Positions 12,930 to 26,331 are shown, counted from the whole stretch's first letter. The stretch: DNA of 63,838 nt, filler included, from Xylographa opegraphella (GCA_022813865.1; 9 parts of 9 records of this genome joined end to end with filler, not necessarily neighbours in it); one strand, 5' to 3'. Numbers and translations are program-made. The notes: generated by a model not told the origin, from the letters alone.

Positions 12930-14206
12930 AAATAACGTCGCTTGGCAAAATACTCTTTATATTGCCTGAAAATAATATAGGCGCTAGCTTGCTATTAAAT
13001 TAACGTAATCGTTAAATTAACATAAACATTAAATTAACGTAATCGTTAAATTAACGTAATCGTTAAATTAACGTAATCGTTAAATTAACGTAATCGTATA
13101 TAAGAAAGTAATTTTTTTACGTATTTTAATAAATAATTTAATAAAGTATTAATTTTACTATTTTTATTCTTTTTATTTATTTTAATTGATTATAAACCCG
13201 GGTTTGCGTAACGATTAAAATAATTAATCGTATAAAATAATTTAATATTCGATAGTTTATTACGAAATTTAATATTAATAAATATTATAATTACGTATTA
13301 CGCGGTTTTTACGATAAGAATAAATAAATATATATTAAACGATTTTTATTACGCGTTTTAAAAAAGTAAATAAACTTTACAATTATTTATTACGCGTTTT
13401 TTTCGATAAAAATAAATATATGTATATTCGCGGTTATTATTACGCGTTGTTAAAAATTAAATAATTTTTTTATAATTAAAAAACCCCCGACATTCGCGGT
13501 AATTAATTACGCGAAATTAATATATATATATATATATTTTTCATTTATCGATAATTGAATACAATAATAAGTATTTTATTTTAATAATATTTTTTTATTA
13601 TAAATCGAATTTTATATTATTTAAAAAATTCTTTATCTCGATTAACTCGTAAATAAATTCTATAAACGATAAACGATATCGTATATTATAATTTTATATT
13701 TTTTATAAAAGATTTATCGTTATAAATTTTATCGAATTTTACAGTTTTAAACGTCTTTTTTTGTTAATAAAAACGAATTATTTTTCATAATTGATTTTTA
13801 TTAAAAGTTATTTTATATTCGAGTAAATATTTTATATAATTAAATAAACATTTAACGTTTACGCTGATGTCATTTTTATAAATTCAATTCAATTTTATTT
13901 TAATTAATAATTTAATAATTTTAATATTTAACTTTTTAAAAAGCAATTTGAATTTTATTGATATATTTAATAATAATAAACGGGTTATATAAATAAATCA
14001 AAAATAACGTAAAAATAGATTATTGAATAATTTTTTATATTAATAATATTAATTAAAAACGCGTATAAAAACTTTTAACAATTAACAATAAATAAAACTT
14101 ATTAAAACGTAAATATACGTATTTTTATTAATAAATTAATAAGTAATAAATATCTTTATCAACTATAAAGAATTAAATTTAATTACGATTAAAAAAGTTT
14201 AAATAT
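12930..14206. repeat. RIP-degraded dispersed repeat family of unknown class, with internal TTAAATTAACGTAATCG tandem units
   Basis: Block AAATAACGTCGCTTGGCAAAATA..TTAAATTAACGTAATCG recurs at ~7770, ~38230, ~40180, ~40270 and inverted at ~51770-53080; similarity extends through 40500-41200. Confidence 0.7.
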
Positions 14207-14453
14207 TGTAACGGCGTGTTACATGGCACCTTAATAAGTGATAGACGGAACGGGACTAAAGCGCGTCCGGGACTNNNNNNNNNNNNNNNNNNNNNNNNNN
14301 NNGAAAGCGGTTAGGAGTCTTGGCGTTAGCACTGTTTATTTTAACTTCTACGTGTATTACTAAACTTGCTTCTTATATTATTCTAGGTTGAAATCGCTCA
14401 CCTATAGCTGTGGTTCTAGGCCTGCTTTTCGGGTGAGATAGCGAGCCGTAACA
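14207..14453 (+). mobile_element. LTR family C (TGTAACGGCGTGTTACA..GAGCCGTAACA); partial inverted copies at 36827-36875, 43705-43797, 50706-50793
   Basis: TG..CA ends and several near-identical copies; internal N gap; no TSD match here. Confidence 0.7.
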
Positions 14454-14784
14454 ATTAACGATTATAATAAAATTACGAGAAAATATATGTTTAATACGCC
14501 CGGTCGAAAATTAATAAAATTAATAAAAAAATAATACGAATTTTTTATTATTAATAAAAAAAATTAATTAAAAAATGATTTAAACGTATTTATATTGCAT
14601 ATAAATTTAATTTAACGTAAATACTGAATTCTTTTAATTAAAGTGATTTATCAAGAGTTTTGAGTCTTGAATTTTAATTCAATTTATATTTCCTTTTTTT
14701 ACTTTGTTTATATATTTTAACGAGTTATTATATAATTGAACCTTTTTCATAATTATAATTTAGCTTTTTCACATTATTATATAA

Positions 14785-14848
14785 TGTTAAGGTTCTGACC
14801 AATACTGTGTGAAACACGGAGCGGAGGAACAATAATACGGCTGCCTCC
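14785..14848 (+). mobile_element. Family-B-type LTR 5' end at contig end
   Basis: TGTTAAGGTTCTGACCAATACTGTGTG matches the start of 23362. Confidence 0.65.
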
Positions 14849-14948
14849 NNNNNNNNNNNNNNNNNNNNNNNNNNNNNNNNNNNNNNNNNNNNTTAATTAA
14901 TTAANNNNNNNNNNNNNNNNNNNNNNNNNNNNNNNNNNNNNNNNNNNN

Positions 14949-15008
14949 GCCTAATCGGCTATAGTAAAGGACCAACAACACAGACTGCTAACGCCCTGAT
15001 TTTCAACA
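14949..15008 (+). mobile_element. LTR 3' end, family E (copia-like TTTCAACA); second copy 57706-57823
   Basis: CCTAAT(C/T)GGCTATAGTA..CTGCTAAC..GATTTTCAACA is shared by both copies. Confidence 0.55.
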
Positions 15009-17372
15009 AAACGCTTTATTATTTTTTAAACGTATTACATCTGAAAAAAGTTTTAATTCAAGATTTAAAAAAAATTAATAATTTTTTTTATTAAATAATA
15101 ATATAAAGTATTTAAATTTACGAATACGTGAATATAACGTTTTCATATAATTATATGAAGTCGTAATTATTAACGTAAATATTTATTCGTACTCGTTATT
15201 ATCGTTAAAATTTTGAATAATATTTTATTCAAGTTCTTATTATTATAAATAATTATTTAATTTTTCGTTTTAAATAAAACATTTGTATGAATTAAAAACG
15301 TTCTTTTAATTGTTTTTATTTTTACTACTTGATTTTAAATTTTAACGCCTTTAATCGATTCCTGATTTATTTTATTATTTTTAAAATCGTATTTGAATTC
15401 TCGAGAAAAAACTTTAATTTATATATAAAAAAGTTTTATTTTATTTTATTTTGATTTGTTTTATTTTTCCTCTTTTTTATTTTTTAATTTTTGTTCGAAC
15501 TCTTTTAATTTTTTTCGCGTTTCGAGTTTTTGTAATCGATTAAATAATAATTCGTTTGTTAATAATTATAATAAATAATTTTATCAAAGTTTTTAATTAT
15601 TATTTTAAACTCGTCGTTAATTTTATTCGAGTTTTCGACGTTGTCGTTTATTTTTATCGATAAAATTTAAGAGGCTTTATGAATTATTTATTAATTTTTG
15701 TAAAGCGTACGACGACGAATATAATTTAATAAAAATTTAAATTTAAATTTAAATTTTATTATTATATACGTTTGAAATCGACGCGAGTTTTATTTTTAAA
15801 CCCTTTAACATAAATACGTAACGCGAAATTATTCGGTATTTTATTATAAATAACGAAATAAATATATTAAAATATTATATTATAAATTTAATATTAACGA
15901 TTTTAAGTTTTTTTTTAAATTGCGAAAGGTTTCGATCGTTTTTTATTTAAATTTATTTTAACTTTTAATAAATAATCGTACCAAATCGGCTTAAATATTA
16001 TTTAAATTAATAATTTTTTAAATTTAAATTTTTTATTATAATACAGGAACATTTATTAAATATTATAAAAATATAAATGTTTTTAAATTAATCGAGATAT
16101 TCGTTTATAATATATATTATAATTAATGTATTTTAAATTAATTTTCGACGACGTTGTAATTACGTCTCAATTTAGCGAATTTAAAAAATCGTTTAACGAT
16201 AAAATTATTAATTATTATTAATTATTATGAAATTATCATTAATTATTATAAAATTATTAACCATATAATAAAAGTTAAAACGTCGTTGATATTTGTATTA
16301 ATATTCGAATTTGCGCTCGTAAATTCGATACAGTTTAAAATAAACGAAATAAATTTATTTAAATTACGATTATCGTTATTATAACGATTATAATTAAAAG
16401 TCTCGCTATTTTTGATTTTATTTTAAAATATAAATTTAATATAAATATAAATGCGTACGATTTTTAATATTATTTTTACGTTGAAAGGGAAATTTCAATC
16501 CGGTTAATTTTTTTAATTTAAAAGCCGATTTACTCGAATACGACGCTATATATCAATAAATATTCTTTCGAAAAATTGAATTTTGAATACTTTAATGAAT
16601 AATTACAAAAATTAATATAAATAAATTTTAAGATTAATCGATAAAAATCGATAATAAATAATGTTATTAATGTAATATTTTAAATTGAATTTTGATTTTA
16701 TTACGAAACTACGTTATATCAAAATCGCCAATTTGATTATATAATTTTTATATAAATACAATTCTTTACAATGAAGATTATAAATAAAAATTACGAAAGC
16801 TATGAAAATTGCGAAAAAGAATAAAAAATAATACTGCGTGCGTAATTCTTAAAAAGAATTATGCGTTTTAACAGAAGTTAATCGATAAATAATAACAAAA
16901 TAAAAGACATGAAATACAACGAGGGATATATGGGGGTGCGTCAGGGTTAATCGAGAAATTCGTTGAATTATAAAAAGTTTAAATAATTTGCTCTGAGCCT
17001 AATGTAAAAATATTGATTTTTTTGCTAAAGATTTTATTTATCTACTATTATAACGTATGTATAATTTCGATATCAGCAAAATAAATATTTGTACAGAAAC
17101 GAAAATCGCTTCTGTATTATTTTTAAATTAATTATTATATTTTAACACGACGAATCGTATTTAATCACGTACGATTACAGTCTTGAAAATTGTTGAAGAA
17201 CTCGCTTTCGCTCTTGATATCGAAACGAAAACTCGTCGAGATACAACTAAAATAAAGGACTTACTAATAATAATTATTCGATAAACTGGTTTCTCACTTT
17301 CGCCAATTGCAAATGCCAGGTTTTAACGCATCTCATGTGGCGTCCCAGCGGCCTGCGCACCCAAGACCAAAG

Positions 17373-18146
17373 CAGCGAATTCCTCGGTTAACCCTGGCGC
17401 ACCCCCGTAATTCCTCCGTTATACCCCGTGTCCCCTGTTTTGTTATTATTCCTCGGCTGACTTTAATTTGAAGCCTTAAAAAGCGTAATCTGTTACGGCT
17501 TATCAACTCACCACACAAGCACGCCTAGAACGTAAGCTTTAGGTGGACGATTTTAACCCAGATTAAGATGGAGAAGCGATGAGGCTGCTCCATGGNNNAG
17601 ACTATATACTCAAGGTGCTAGTCCTGATCCAGCCCGACCCCTATTACTTGTGACTGATGTCATAATCGTCACATAATCCTTCATAAAACTTACGTACGCA
17701 GTACCATTATTATTAGCAGTTTTCGCAGTCTTTGTAGCTTTTACAGTTATTACAGTTTTTGTAATTATTGCAGTTTTCGCAGCCATCGCAGTTTTCGTAG
17801 TTATTGTAGCTTTCGCAGTTTCGTAGCCCTATTCGCAGACTTTATTCGTAATTCTCTTTTTCCTTTATATAATTTTATAATTCTGTCGTAATTTAATCTT
17901 GACTTTTTTTATTTCGAATTTTAGAAGGGACTTTTTTTAAGCGTAAAACGTATAAAAATAACGCGTAACAAATATGTAATTAAAATAAAAATAACGATTA
18001 AAAACGTCATCGACTGATAATCGTAGTGATAAATCAATTAAAATACGAGAAATAGGGGTCAACTGAGGAATAATAATAAAACAGGGGATATGGGGTACAA
18101 CAAGGGAATTACGGGGGTGCGCCAGGGTCAGCCGAGGAATTCGCTG
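17373..18146. mobile_element. Non-autonomous TIR DNA transposon (~90-bp TIRs, 10-bp TSD; Mutator-like by TSD length)
   Basis: Left TIR CAGCGAATTCCTCGGTTAACCCTGGCGCACCCCCGTAATTCC.. and right TIR ..GGAATTACGGGGGTGCGCCAGGGTCAGCCGAGGAATTCGCTG. Perfect direct repeat AAGACCAAAG at 17363-17372 and 18147-18156. A degraded third terminus ends near 16966. Confidence 0.85.
17491..17673 (-). mobile_element. Solo LTR family A (183 bp) nested in the TIR element
   Basis: TG..CA ends; TSD TAATC at 17486-17490 and 17674-17678; near-identical to 51279-51461. Confidence 0.9.
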
Positions 18147-19182
18147 AAGACCAAAGTGATGCTCATAATCCTGGCCTGTCGGCAAGGGGGGGTGACATCG
18201 CTGTCTGATAGGCTCGTCACCGCCGCTCGACGATGAATAGGGAGGGAATTCGTGATCGTCGGTCCACCGGGCACCTGCTGCTCTTGGAGCCCCTTAGACG
18301 TGTGGGGGCTCCTTAGACGTGTGGTAGTCTGGCAGAAGACGGCCTGACGCTGGCAGGAGGCTGAAGGAAAATCCCACAGCCTCTATGCTATTTTGTGCCT
18401 GTCGGTAACTAACCAGCTGTAACTTGCTGAGGAGCTTAGGAGAACGGATTGTCCTCATGAACATTTATTCGTGCTCTGGTTGGGAGCACCGTTCCAGTAA
18501 CAACAGATGCGCTTTACCATAGTGGCACAGATCCAAAGTCTGCGTGGTTGTTAAAATAATGCGGAACCAAGAACCCTTCCTCCATTGGTGTGATTCGGCG
18601 TCGCTGCATGCCCAACCAGGGTGTTCGTTCAAATTAGACGTGAAAGCCCGCTTGTGGGCCTCTGAACCTAGTGGCTGGTTCCCCATCTCCAGCACACTTG
18701 CTCTACTCGGCGCATCGCGACCTGCTTCAACCACAACCCACCTATTGCTATCGCATCTCTCTACGGTTGTGTGTACACTTCCCTTCACTATCATACCAAG
18801 TAGACTTAACAGTCTTGTTGTAGATCTCACTGCGCCGTCGGCAAAGCGTGGGGTCCGGTGCGAGTCCTCTGCTCACTTCCCATCCTGTCATCCCAGCCAC
18901 CCCAAGGCAAGCAGTTCTCGAGAATCTAAGGCAAGGCGCAGACGGCGGACAGCAACCCAAAAGAATTGAACCGATTGTGGGGCTCCCTGATCCGCGCACA
19001 CATGATCAAGAGGAAGTCGCAGGTGGACGAAGACTCTGTCGGTGTGAACTCGCGCCAAAGGCGATTGAATCACAAAGAAATTGCCTGAACGGAAATCTTC
19101 GAGTTGGTATAAAATCTTGCCTCGTATCAAATACCGGAACGACCCATCTCAGCGCCTCAAGGAGGCTTGATAGTGGCCCCAG

Positions 19183-21269
19183 ATGAGCGACGAGATTGCA
19201 CAAATACCTAAAGGGGATATTGACAATCTAGCATCCATAAGTCAAGCAACCCCAAATTCTCTGCCTCAATCTACCAGTTCTCCCGAATTGGTTCCGAACG
19301 GCTAGTATCCATCATCCCTTCGGCTCATTACAGCACTGATAAGTTTCAAATAGATAACGCAAACGCTCCTGGAATTGAAAATTCTCAACCCGTACAACAT
19401 ATCAATCAATCCCAATTAGGCAAACACCCTGCGGCAAGTGGAGTGAACGAAAATAGCGGCACTGGGTACATATCACCAGCAGGTCAACAAGACAAAGCCG
19501 GCCCACAAGCGTCTCAAACCCCTCCTGACGACCCCTCGAAGTCATCAGCATATCCACCAACAGCTTTTGGTCCGAATCCGGAAAACTCAACTGTTACGTC
19601 TGCCCGACGAACGAACAATCACGGAGATCGCTCTGGGCACGGTTCTAACACAAGCATTGCCCGTAAGCAGCGAGATGGTAGTATTTCGAGTGACAAACGT
19701 TCGATTCAAGGTCAGCCACTCTCGGCAGGATCAGTACCGCAGTCTACAGCTACGACCCCGCTCGCTGTAGCAAAACGGGAGAAGAAGAGACAGGGCGGAA
19801 TCTCTAGGTTGTTTTCGAAATTGAACTGTTGCGGCATTCCCGAGGATGCAAATATTATAGACTTGGATGAACAGGTTATTCCCGCACGAAAACCCAGCAA
19901 GCCAGTTTTCAGTCAAGCCAGACAGACCACTCCCATCAGCAAGCCCAATTTTAGTGCTGCTGAGTCAAGCACCACGGGATCCAAAGAACCGATTGAGGAG
20001 AAAACTACGGGTTCTTCATACCCGTTATTGAAATCTGCCGGAGAGCCTAAAGTTCACGAGCAGCAAGGAACTACCGTGTGCAAAGCTACACTGACCAGCC
20101 AGCCTACTTTATTCAGGAACGTTGGGGACCAGGACGCTGCTCAAATAGCACCGATTATCGGTGCCCAAGAGTCAATTTTACCGGCCATGGAAGCACCATC
20201 TCATGATGTACGAATGGACAATCCTCAGCAAAATGATTCCCTACTGCAAGATGCGTCCCTAACAGTAGGTTCAACGACACCCACAGTGCTGATCCCGACA
20301 GAGCGACCAAATACCACTAATGTTCAAACACCTTTGCGAGAGGCCGGAGACAGTGATACAGAAATGGTCGATGCGCCCCCAATTGAGCCTTTAGCAAGCG
20401 ACAATATGCAAATGAATGTGGAACATAGCGAAGCAGTGACAGTGCCAACATTGCCCCCTCCGCCACCGACTGTGCCGCGCATGGAAACTTCAGCTCCAGG
20501 TCACGATAGAAACCTAATTAATCATGTGCCCATACCCAATGAGCATCAGAAGTGGCTACTTCCACCAGTGAAGCCAGAGTTCCGTGGCAAGAAGTGTCTC
20601 GTGTTAGACTTAGACGAAACTTTGGTACACAGCAGCTTCAAGGTCAGTACAACATTCCTCGATCGTTTAAACATAAGACTAATGATTATAGATACTTCAC
20701 CAAGCCGATTTCACGATACCAGTAGAGATTGAAGGGCAGTATCACAACGTTTATGTTATCAAGCGGCCGGGTGTCGATCAATTCATGAAGCGTGTCGGTG
20801 AGCTCTATGAGGTGGTAGTGTTTACAGCCTCGGTCTCTAAGGTGGGACCATTTTGTCTATTCGCAGTAACTTTTCTGGACACATGCTAACCCGCGTTGTG
20901 TCTTCAGTATGGAGACCCTCTTCTTGATCAGTTAGACATTCACCACGTCGTACATCATAGGCTTTTCCGCGAAAGCTGCTATAATCACCAAGGAAATTAC
21001 GTTAAAGTCAGTAAATCATGTTTAAGTTTTCAAAGAAGCAATGCTAACCTTCTCAGGATCTCTCTCAAGTTGGACGTGACCTGCGGGAGACCATTATCAT
21101 TGACAATTCACCCACCTCGTATATTTTCCACCCACAGCACGCTGTGCCTATTAGCAGCTGGTTTTCCGACGCGCATGACAATGAACTTCTGGATTTGATA
21201 CCCGTTCTCGAGGACCTGGCCGGGTCTCGGGTCCGTGATGTTAGCCTGGTGCTCGATGTAGCCTTGTAA
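19183..21269 (+). CDS. PSR1: NIF/SCP-family HAD phosphatase, Psr1/Psr2 homologue
   Basis: [18 protein letters not shown] (DxDxT), [58 protein letters not shown]. Introns 20643-20691, 20842-20907, 21007-21056. Internal LNCCG resembles the Psr1 palmitoylation motif. First exon (19183-19300, acceptor 19353) is tentative. Confidence 0.92.
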
Positions 21270-21731
21270 ATCTCGCCCATTACCGATCGAGTATGCATAA
21301 CAGCGAGAGGAGTTTTAGTTGCTGTTGGATCTTAGACTGGGTCCTATCGCCATTTTAATCTGCATATTAGTCCCTTTCGGATGAGTTTTGTACATCCTTC
21401 AAGGAACCTAAACATTACAACCAGAGGCACTGCGTATCGAAGCATGCTTACAACGGTAACTACGCTTTGGAGATTAAGATATAAATCAGCGAAACAAAGG
21501 GGTTTGGGGCTCAAGGTGTGGCTCATCTCCGACTCAAGCGTGTTATATAGACCTTTTTTCTTTGAGCCCAGTTTTCTTTTTGTGCAACTCATTGTACATA
21601 CCCTTGCTTGCATTATTCGGACGTTTTCTTCCGCGGTTGAAATTTTGTTATTTTAATTTTACTAAATAATTATTGTTTATTCATAAATAAACTGCGATTA
21701 TCTTATAACGAAATCACTTTCGACTGTATAA

Positions 21732-22164
21732 TAATAAGGTTCTGACCAATACTGTATAGAATAGGGGTCGAAGAAACCTTATTCCGGGTGCCTTCTCTGC
21801 CTCCCTGAAAAAGCATGGGAGGCATAACCCTTTTGCCTCGATTACCTTCCTACGAAAGTATAAAAAATATTTTATAATAAATATTTTATATAAAATAAAA
21901 GGGTTTTTTTGTTTAAAAAGCGTATTTAATTCATATTATAATTTAGCTTATAAAATAAGGATTTTTAATATAATTTTATACGAAACCGATTTTTTTTAAA
22001 AACAATAAATGTATTACTGTATTTTTCTATTTATTTATTAACGAATTCAACCCAGATTTTTAATTAACTTATATTAATAAAATTTAAAATCGTAACACTT
22101 TAAATACTTTTAAAATAAATATATTAAAAATACGGTTAAATTTAACCTTAAATATTATAAAAAG
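21732..22164 (+). mobile_element. RIP-mutated LTR B (21732-22097) plus start of internal domain
   Basis: Aligns to 23362-23725; the following ~65 nt match 5063-5130; interrupted at 22165 by an LTR A. Confidence 0.75.
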
Positions 22165-22382
22165 TGTTACGGCTCATCAACTCACCACACAAGCACGCCT
22201 AGAACGTAAGCTTTAGGTGGACGNNNNNNNNNNNNNNNNNNNNNNNNNNNNNNNNNNNNNNNNNNNNTTAATTAATTAANNNNNNNNNNNNNNNNNNNNN
22301 NNNNNNNNNNNNNNNNNNNNNNNGTGCTAGTCCTGATCCAGCCCGACCCCTATTACCTGTGACTGATGTCATAGCCGTCACA
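22165..22382 (-). mobile_element. Two partial LTR A copies on either side of a contig spacer (22165-22223 and 22324-22382)
   Basis: Each matches one end of family A; flanks AAAAG/AATAT do not form a TSD. Confidence 0.8.
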
Positions 22383-23361
22383 AATATCGCTTTTTGAAAA
22401 AAATATTAACAATTATAAGCGATTATAAACGTTATAATATATATACGAAAAATACTCCAAAAATATTACAAAAATAAACATATATATTTCTTCTGCAAAA
22501 TACGAGTATTTTGAATAATACGTTTATTAAAAAAATTTAACGATCGATATTTTAAATTATTTTAAATTATTAAATATATTAATAAGTAAATTTATAAATT
22601 AAATCTCTTTAGTACGTATAGAATTTATAATAATCTTTACGTAAAATTTTTTAAACTGTAAAAAAAAAGTACGCGAGTTTTAATTATTTTATTTTTTATC
22701 GAAATAATGAATAAAAAATTATATTAAAAGTTTATAATTAAAGAAATAACATAATTAATATATATAAAACGCAGGTTTAAATATATCTATAAATAATAAA
22801 ATTATAAAAATACGATTATTAAATTGGTAAATATCATTAAATAAAACGCATCGACGCTAGTAAATCTTTTTTATAAAAACTACTTTTTCGTGTTAAATTT
22901 AATAATTATTAAATAATTATTCGATCGTGTTTTCGTTTTGATAAATTTATACTTTGTTTATATTTATATTTCATTTATAATTATATTTTATTAATAAAAT
23001 TACGTTACGTTCGTATTATATTGATTATTTTATATTTCCTTTATATTTATATTTCATTAATAAATTTACGTTACGTTCGTATTACGTTTGTTATTTTATA
23101 TTTTATTTATAATCGCGAAATTTTTATATTATACTTATATTTATATTGTTTTATACGGTCTCGCTCCTATAAGCAATTTTATATTTTTTTGATAAGCAAT
23201 TTTATATTTTTTTGAAATTAAAAAGTATGAGAGGGGGGAAAATAGTATAAAATTTAAAATTTAAAATAACGTTTAACCTGCTTGTTTTCTTTGTTTATCG
23301 ATTTATATTTTAAACGCGATTTTTAATTACCTGCATTCTGGGCGTATTTTTGACTGCTTGT

Positions 23362-23725
23362 TGATAAGGTTCTGACCAACGATGTGTGGAACAGGGGTCG
23401 GGGGAACCTTATTCCGGTTGCCTCCTCTGCCTCCCTGAGGAGGCATGGGAAGGCATGATCCCTTTGCCTCAGTGGCCTCCCTCGGGAGGCATGGGAGGCA
23501 TCTCAGAACAGGACTTCTATATAGAGTAGAGGATTTCCTTTATTGTAGAAGGCGTATTCAACTCATATTATGATCTTAGATTAGTAGGCTTCAATACAAA
23601 TACTGTACGAAGACTATTACTCTTAAAGAACGATCAGCCTGTTACTGTGCCTTCCTGTTCATTCATTGACGAATCCAACCCAGATCCCTAATCGAACTAT
23701 ACTAGTGAGAAGCAGGATCGTAACA
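23362..23725 (+). mobile_element. Solo LTR family B (364 bp), largely un-RIPped
   Basis: TGATAAGG..GATCGTAACA; TSD CTTGT/CTCGT (one transition); TATA-like CTATATAG near 23517. Confidence 0.9.
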
Positions 23726-24808
23726 CTCGTATCCTGGGCGTAACTTTCAATTTAAAAGGCTCGATATATATATAATCAGAATTTGCGATTTTAAATTTCA
23801 CTCTTTAATTTCAGTTTAATAATTAAATATATATTGCATCTCGAGCCCAAAATCTTGTATTTCACAATTTCGATACAAACTCGAGTTGCTTCAATTATAA
23901 TATATTATTTTTATTATTTTATTTTATAATAATTTAAAATATAACATATATAATACAATTGATTATAAATTTGAATAAAGAAAAGATTTCTTTAAATTAT
24001 TATAAATTTTAAATAATCAATATTTAATAGTTTAATACGAAATTTATTAAAATAAATACTACAATTTTTAATATATAATTCTACGAAAAAAGTAAATAAA
24101 CGTTATCGTTTAATAAACTCAATATTTTGCGGCAGTCAAATACGCGAAATTAATAAAACACTCGAAACAGCAGTTTAATACGAGAATAAACATTATATTA
24201 ATACAATTTATCGCGAGTCAAGTTCAAATTATTTAGTACGATTTTCTACAGCTAATTATATTATTTGATTCGAAATTTTTATCGAAAGAATCAAATCCAC
24301 GTTGAATTCGTTTCCATTCAAAATATGGTAGCAAACGAGTTTATTAAATCACTTTCGAGGCTCAATTGTGAAAGAATTATCGCCCAGCTAAATTTAAAGA
24401 ATAATAAAAATTGGCAGATTTTAAAATAATAAAAGTTAGCGGTTTAATAAACAACTAGTAAAAATATTAAAACAACGATATTGTATTAAATTAAATTAAA
24501 TTAATATATTGATTAAAATAATTGAACATTATTTTTAAATGATATTTAAAACAAGGTTTAATATTAATTAACGCGATAATATATAACGTTTTTTATTTAA
24601 ATTTTTTTTAATATTTTAATATAAAGTCGAGTTGCTTTAATAATAATATAATAATTTCATTATTTTGTTTTATAATAATTTAAAGTGTAACGTATACAGT
24701 GCAATTTATATTATTACGAATTTTTTATTATTAAAATTCGAAATAATTGTAAAATTTCTGCCTGCTTTAAAACCAAATATTTTTATTTATTTTATTTATC
24801 TTTCAAAC

Positions 24809-24991
24809 TGTTAGAAATAGAGTCCCGGCCTGCCTGCAGGATAGCGAGAGCTCGGGCCGCCGTAGGCCCGGTGACGCTAGTGCGCGAACATATAGTCTCG
24901 TAGTTGTTCATAGTTAATACAACACACTTGTTTACCCATATATTCTGCTAGAATGACCACTGCGCTTCAGTACCCATCGTACCTTTCAACA
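24809..24991 (+). mobile_element. Solo LTR family D (183 bp, copia-like termini); second copy 57879-58076
   Basis: TGTTAG..TTTCAACA; perfect TSD CAAAC at 24804-24808 and 24992-24996. Confidence 0.9.
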
Positions 24992-25661
24992 CAAACGAGA
25001 TTTTATATAACAAAGTTTTTTTTATAGTTGTAATATTATTTTTCATACATTATAATACTATACAATAATATAATCGTTATATATTACATAATAAATAATA
25101 AAATTAATTTAATATATAAATCGTATTAATTATAATTATATATTTATTAAATCTGTTAAACGTGTTCAACGTACGAAATATACGAAAAATGGATAAAAAT
25201 AAAAAAACTGTACTAAATCTATTAAATTGATAAACGAGTAAAAAATATAATCTTCGCTCGAACTTTTCTTTTTCTTTTTTACTGTTAATAAACGCCGCAG
25301 GCGTCGCGTTCGACGAGTAATTAAAATTTTATTTAAATTATAATATAAAAATATTAACTGTTAAATTTTTATATAAATAAAAATATTTTAATAAGCTTAA
25401 GGTTCGAGCGAAAATTACAGTATTCGTATTTAATTTCACATTACTTTGAACCCTGCAAAAGGTCTCAACTCAAGGTCGTTTTGAGTTGAAACCCTGGTTC
25501 GTCTCGATATGGACGCCGCCAAGAAGTGATTAACCAAATAAAAACTCAAAATGAACTCGAAACCAGCGAAAATTGAGTTGCTAAACCTCTTTAATTCTCG
25601 ACCTGTTATTACATCTTTGGGGTACTGTTACAAGCTTCTACAATTATTTACATCACTGATC

Positions 25662-26008
25662 ATGTCCTTCCTCTTCGGCGGCCGGCCGCAGTTATCATCG
25701 GCAGAGAAAATAGCGGCTGCTGAGACTGAGATTGAAATGGTGTCTGACATGTTCAACCGGTATTGCCTATGCTTGGTCACTTGCAAAAAGATACTGGTGC
25801 TGACTTTAAACAAAGACTAACCCAATCATGTGCCCAAAAGTGTATCCCTCCAGACTATCGGGAAGGTGACCTCAACAAAGGGGAATCCGTATGTCTGGAC
25901 CGATGTGTTTCTAAATTCTTTGAAGTCAACGTGAAGGTCAGCGAAAAGATGCAGAACGAAGCATCTGGGAAGCAAGGTATCCATGGTAGCATAGGCTATG
26001 GCATGTAA
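25662..26008 (+). CDS. TIM10: Mitochondrial intermembrane-space chaperone Tim10
   Basis: [70 protein letters not shown]; twin CX3C motif; intron 25760-25815. Confidence 0.95.
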
Positions 26009-26331
26009 GAGAGACTGCTTCTGGATGTGCTTGGCAACACTGAGCCAATACACCATAACACAACCGGTGGTTGCTTTCGAGTAGGCCCAGGGTTCTTGTG
26101 CCCAAGCTTCAGTATGGTTGAAATACTGAGTTATCACGCATAGCTGCGATATCATGGACAGCATTGATGATTACGGATATTTAACAAAAGCACCGCTATT
26201 CATCAGTCCCTAAAGCTTAGAAGTTACAAGTAACGCGTTTTGCCAAAAACATCGTCCAGTTATCTGTCGTGGGTACACCGTGCAATATGACATAGCAGCG
26301 TAGTTCTTGCACTGATTGCAACAACTAATTC

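Noticed and set aside
18465..19203. Overlapping ORFs upstream of PSR1, and antisense ORFs within the other genes
   Set aside because: No recognisable domains; consistent with chance ORFs in GC-balanced UTR/promoter DNA or shadows of real CDSs.
22165..22382. One LTR A spanning the gap, implying contigs 3 and 4 are adjacent
   Set aside because: Flanks AAAAG and AATAT are not a TSD, and the family is high-copy.
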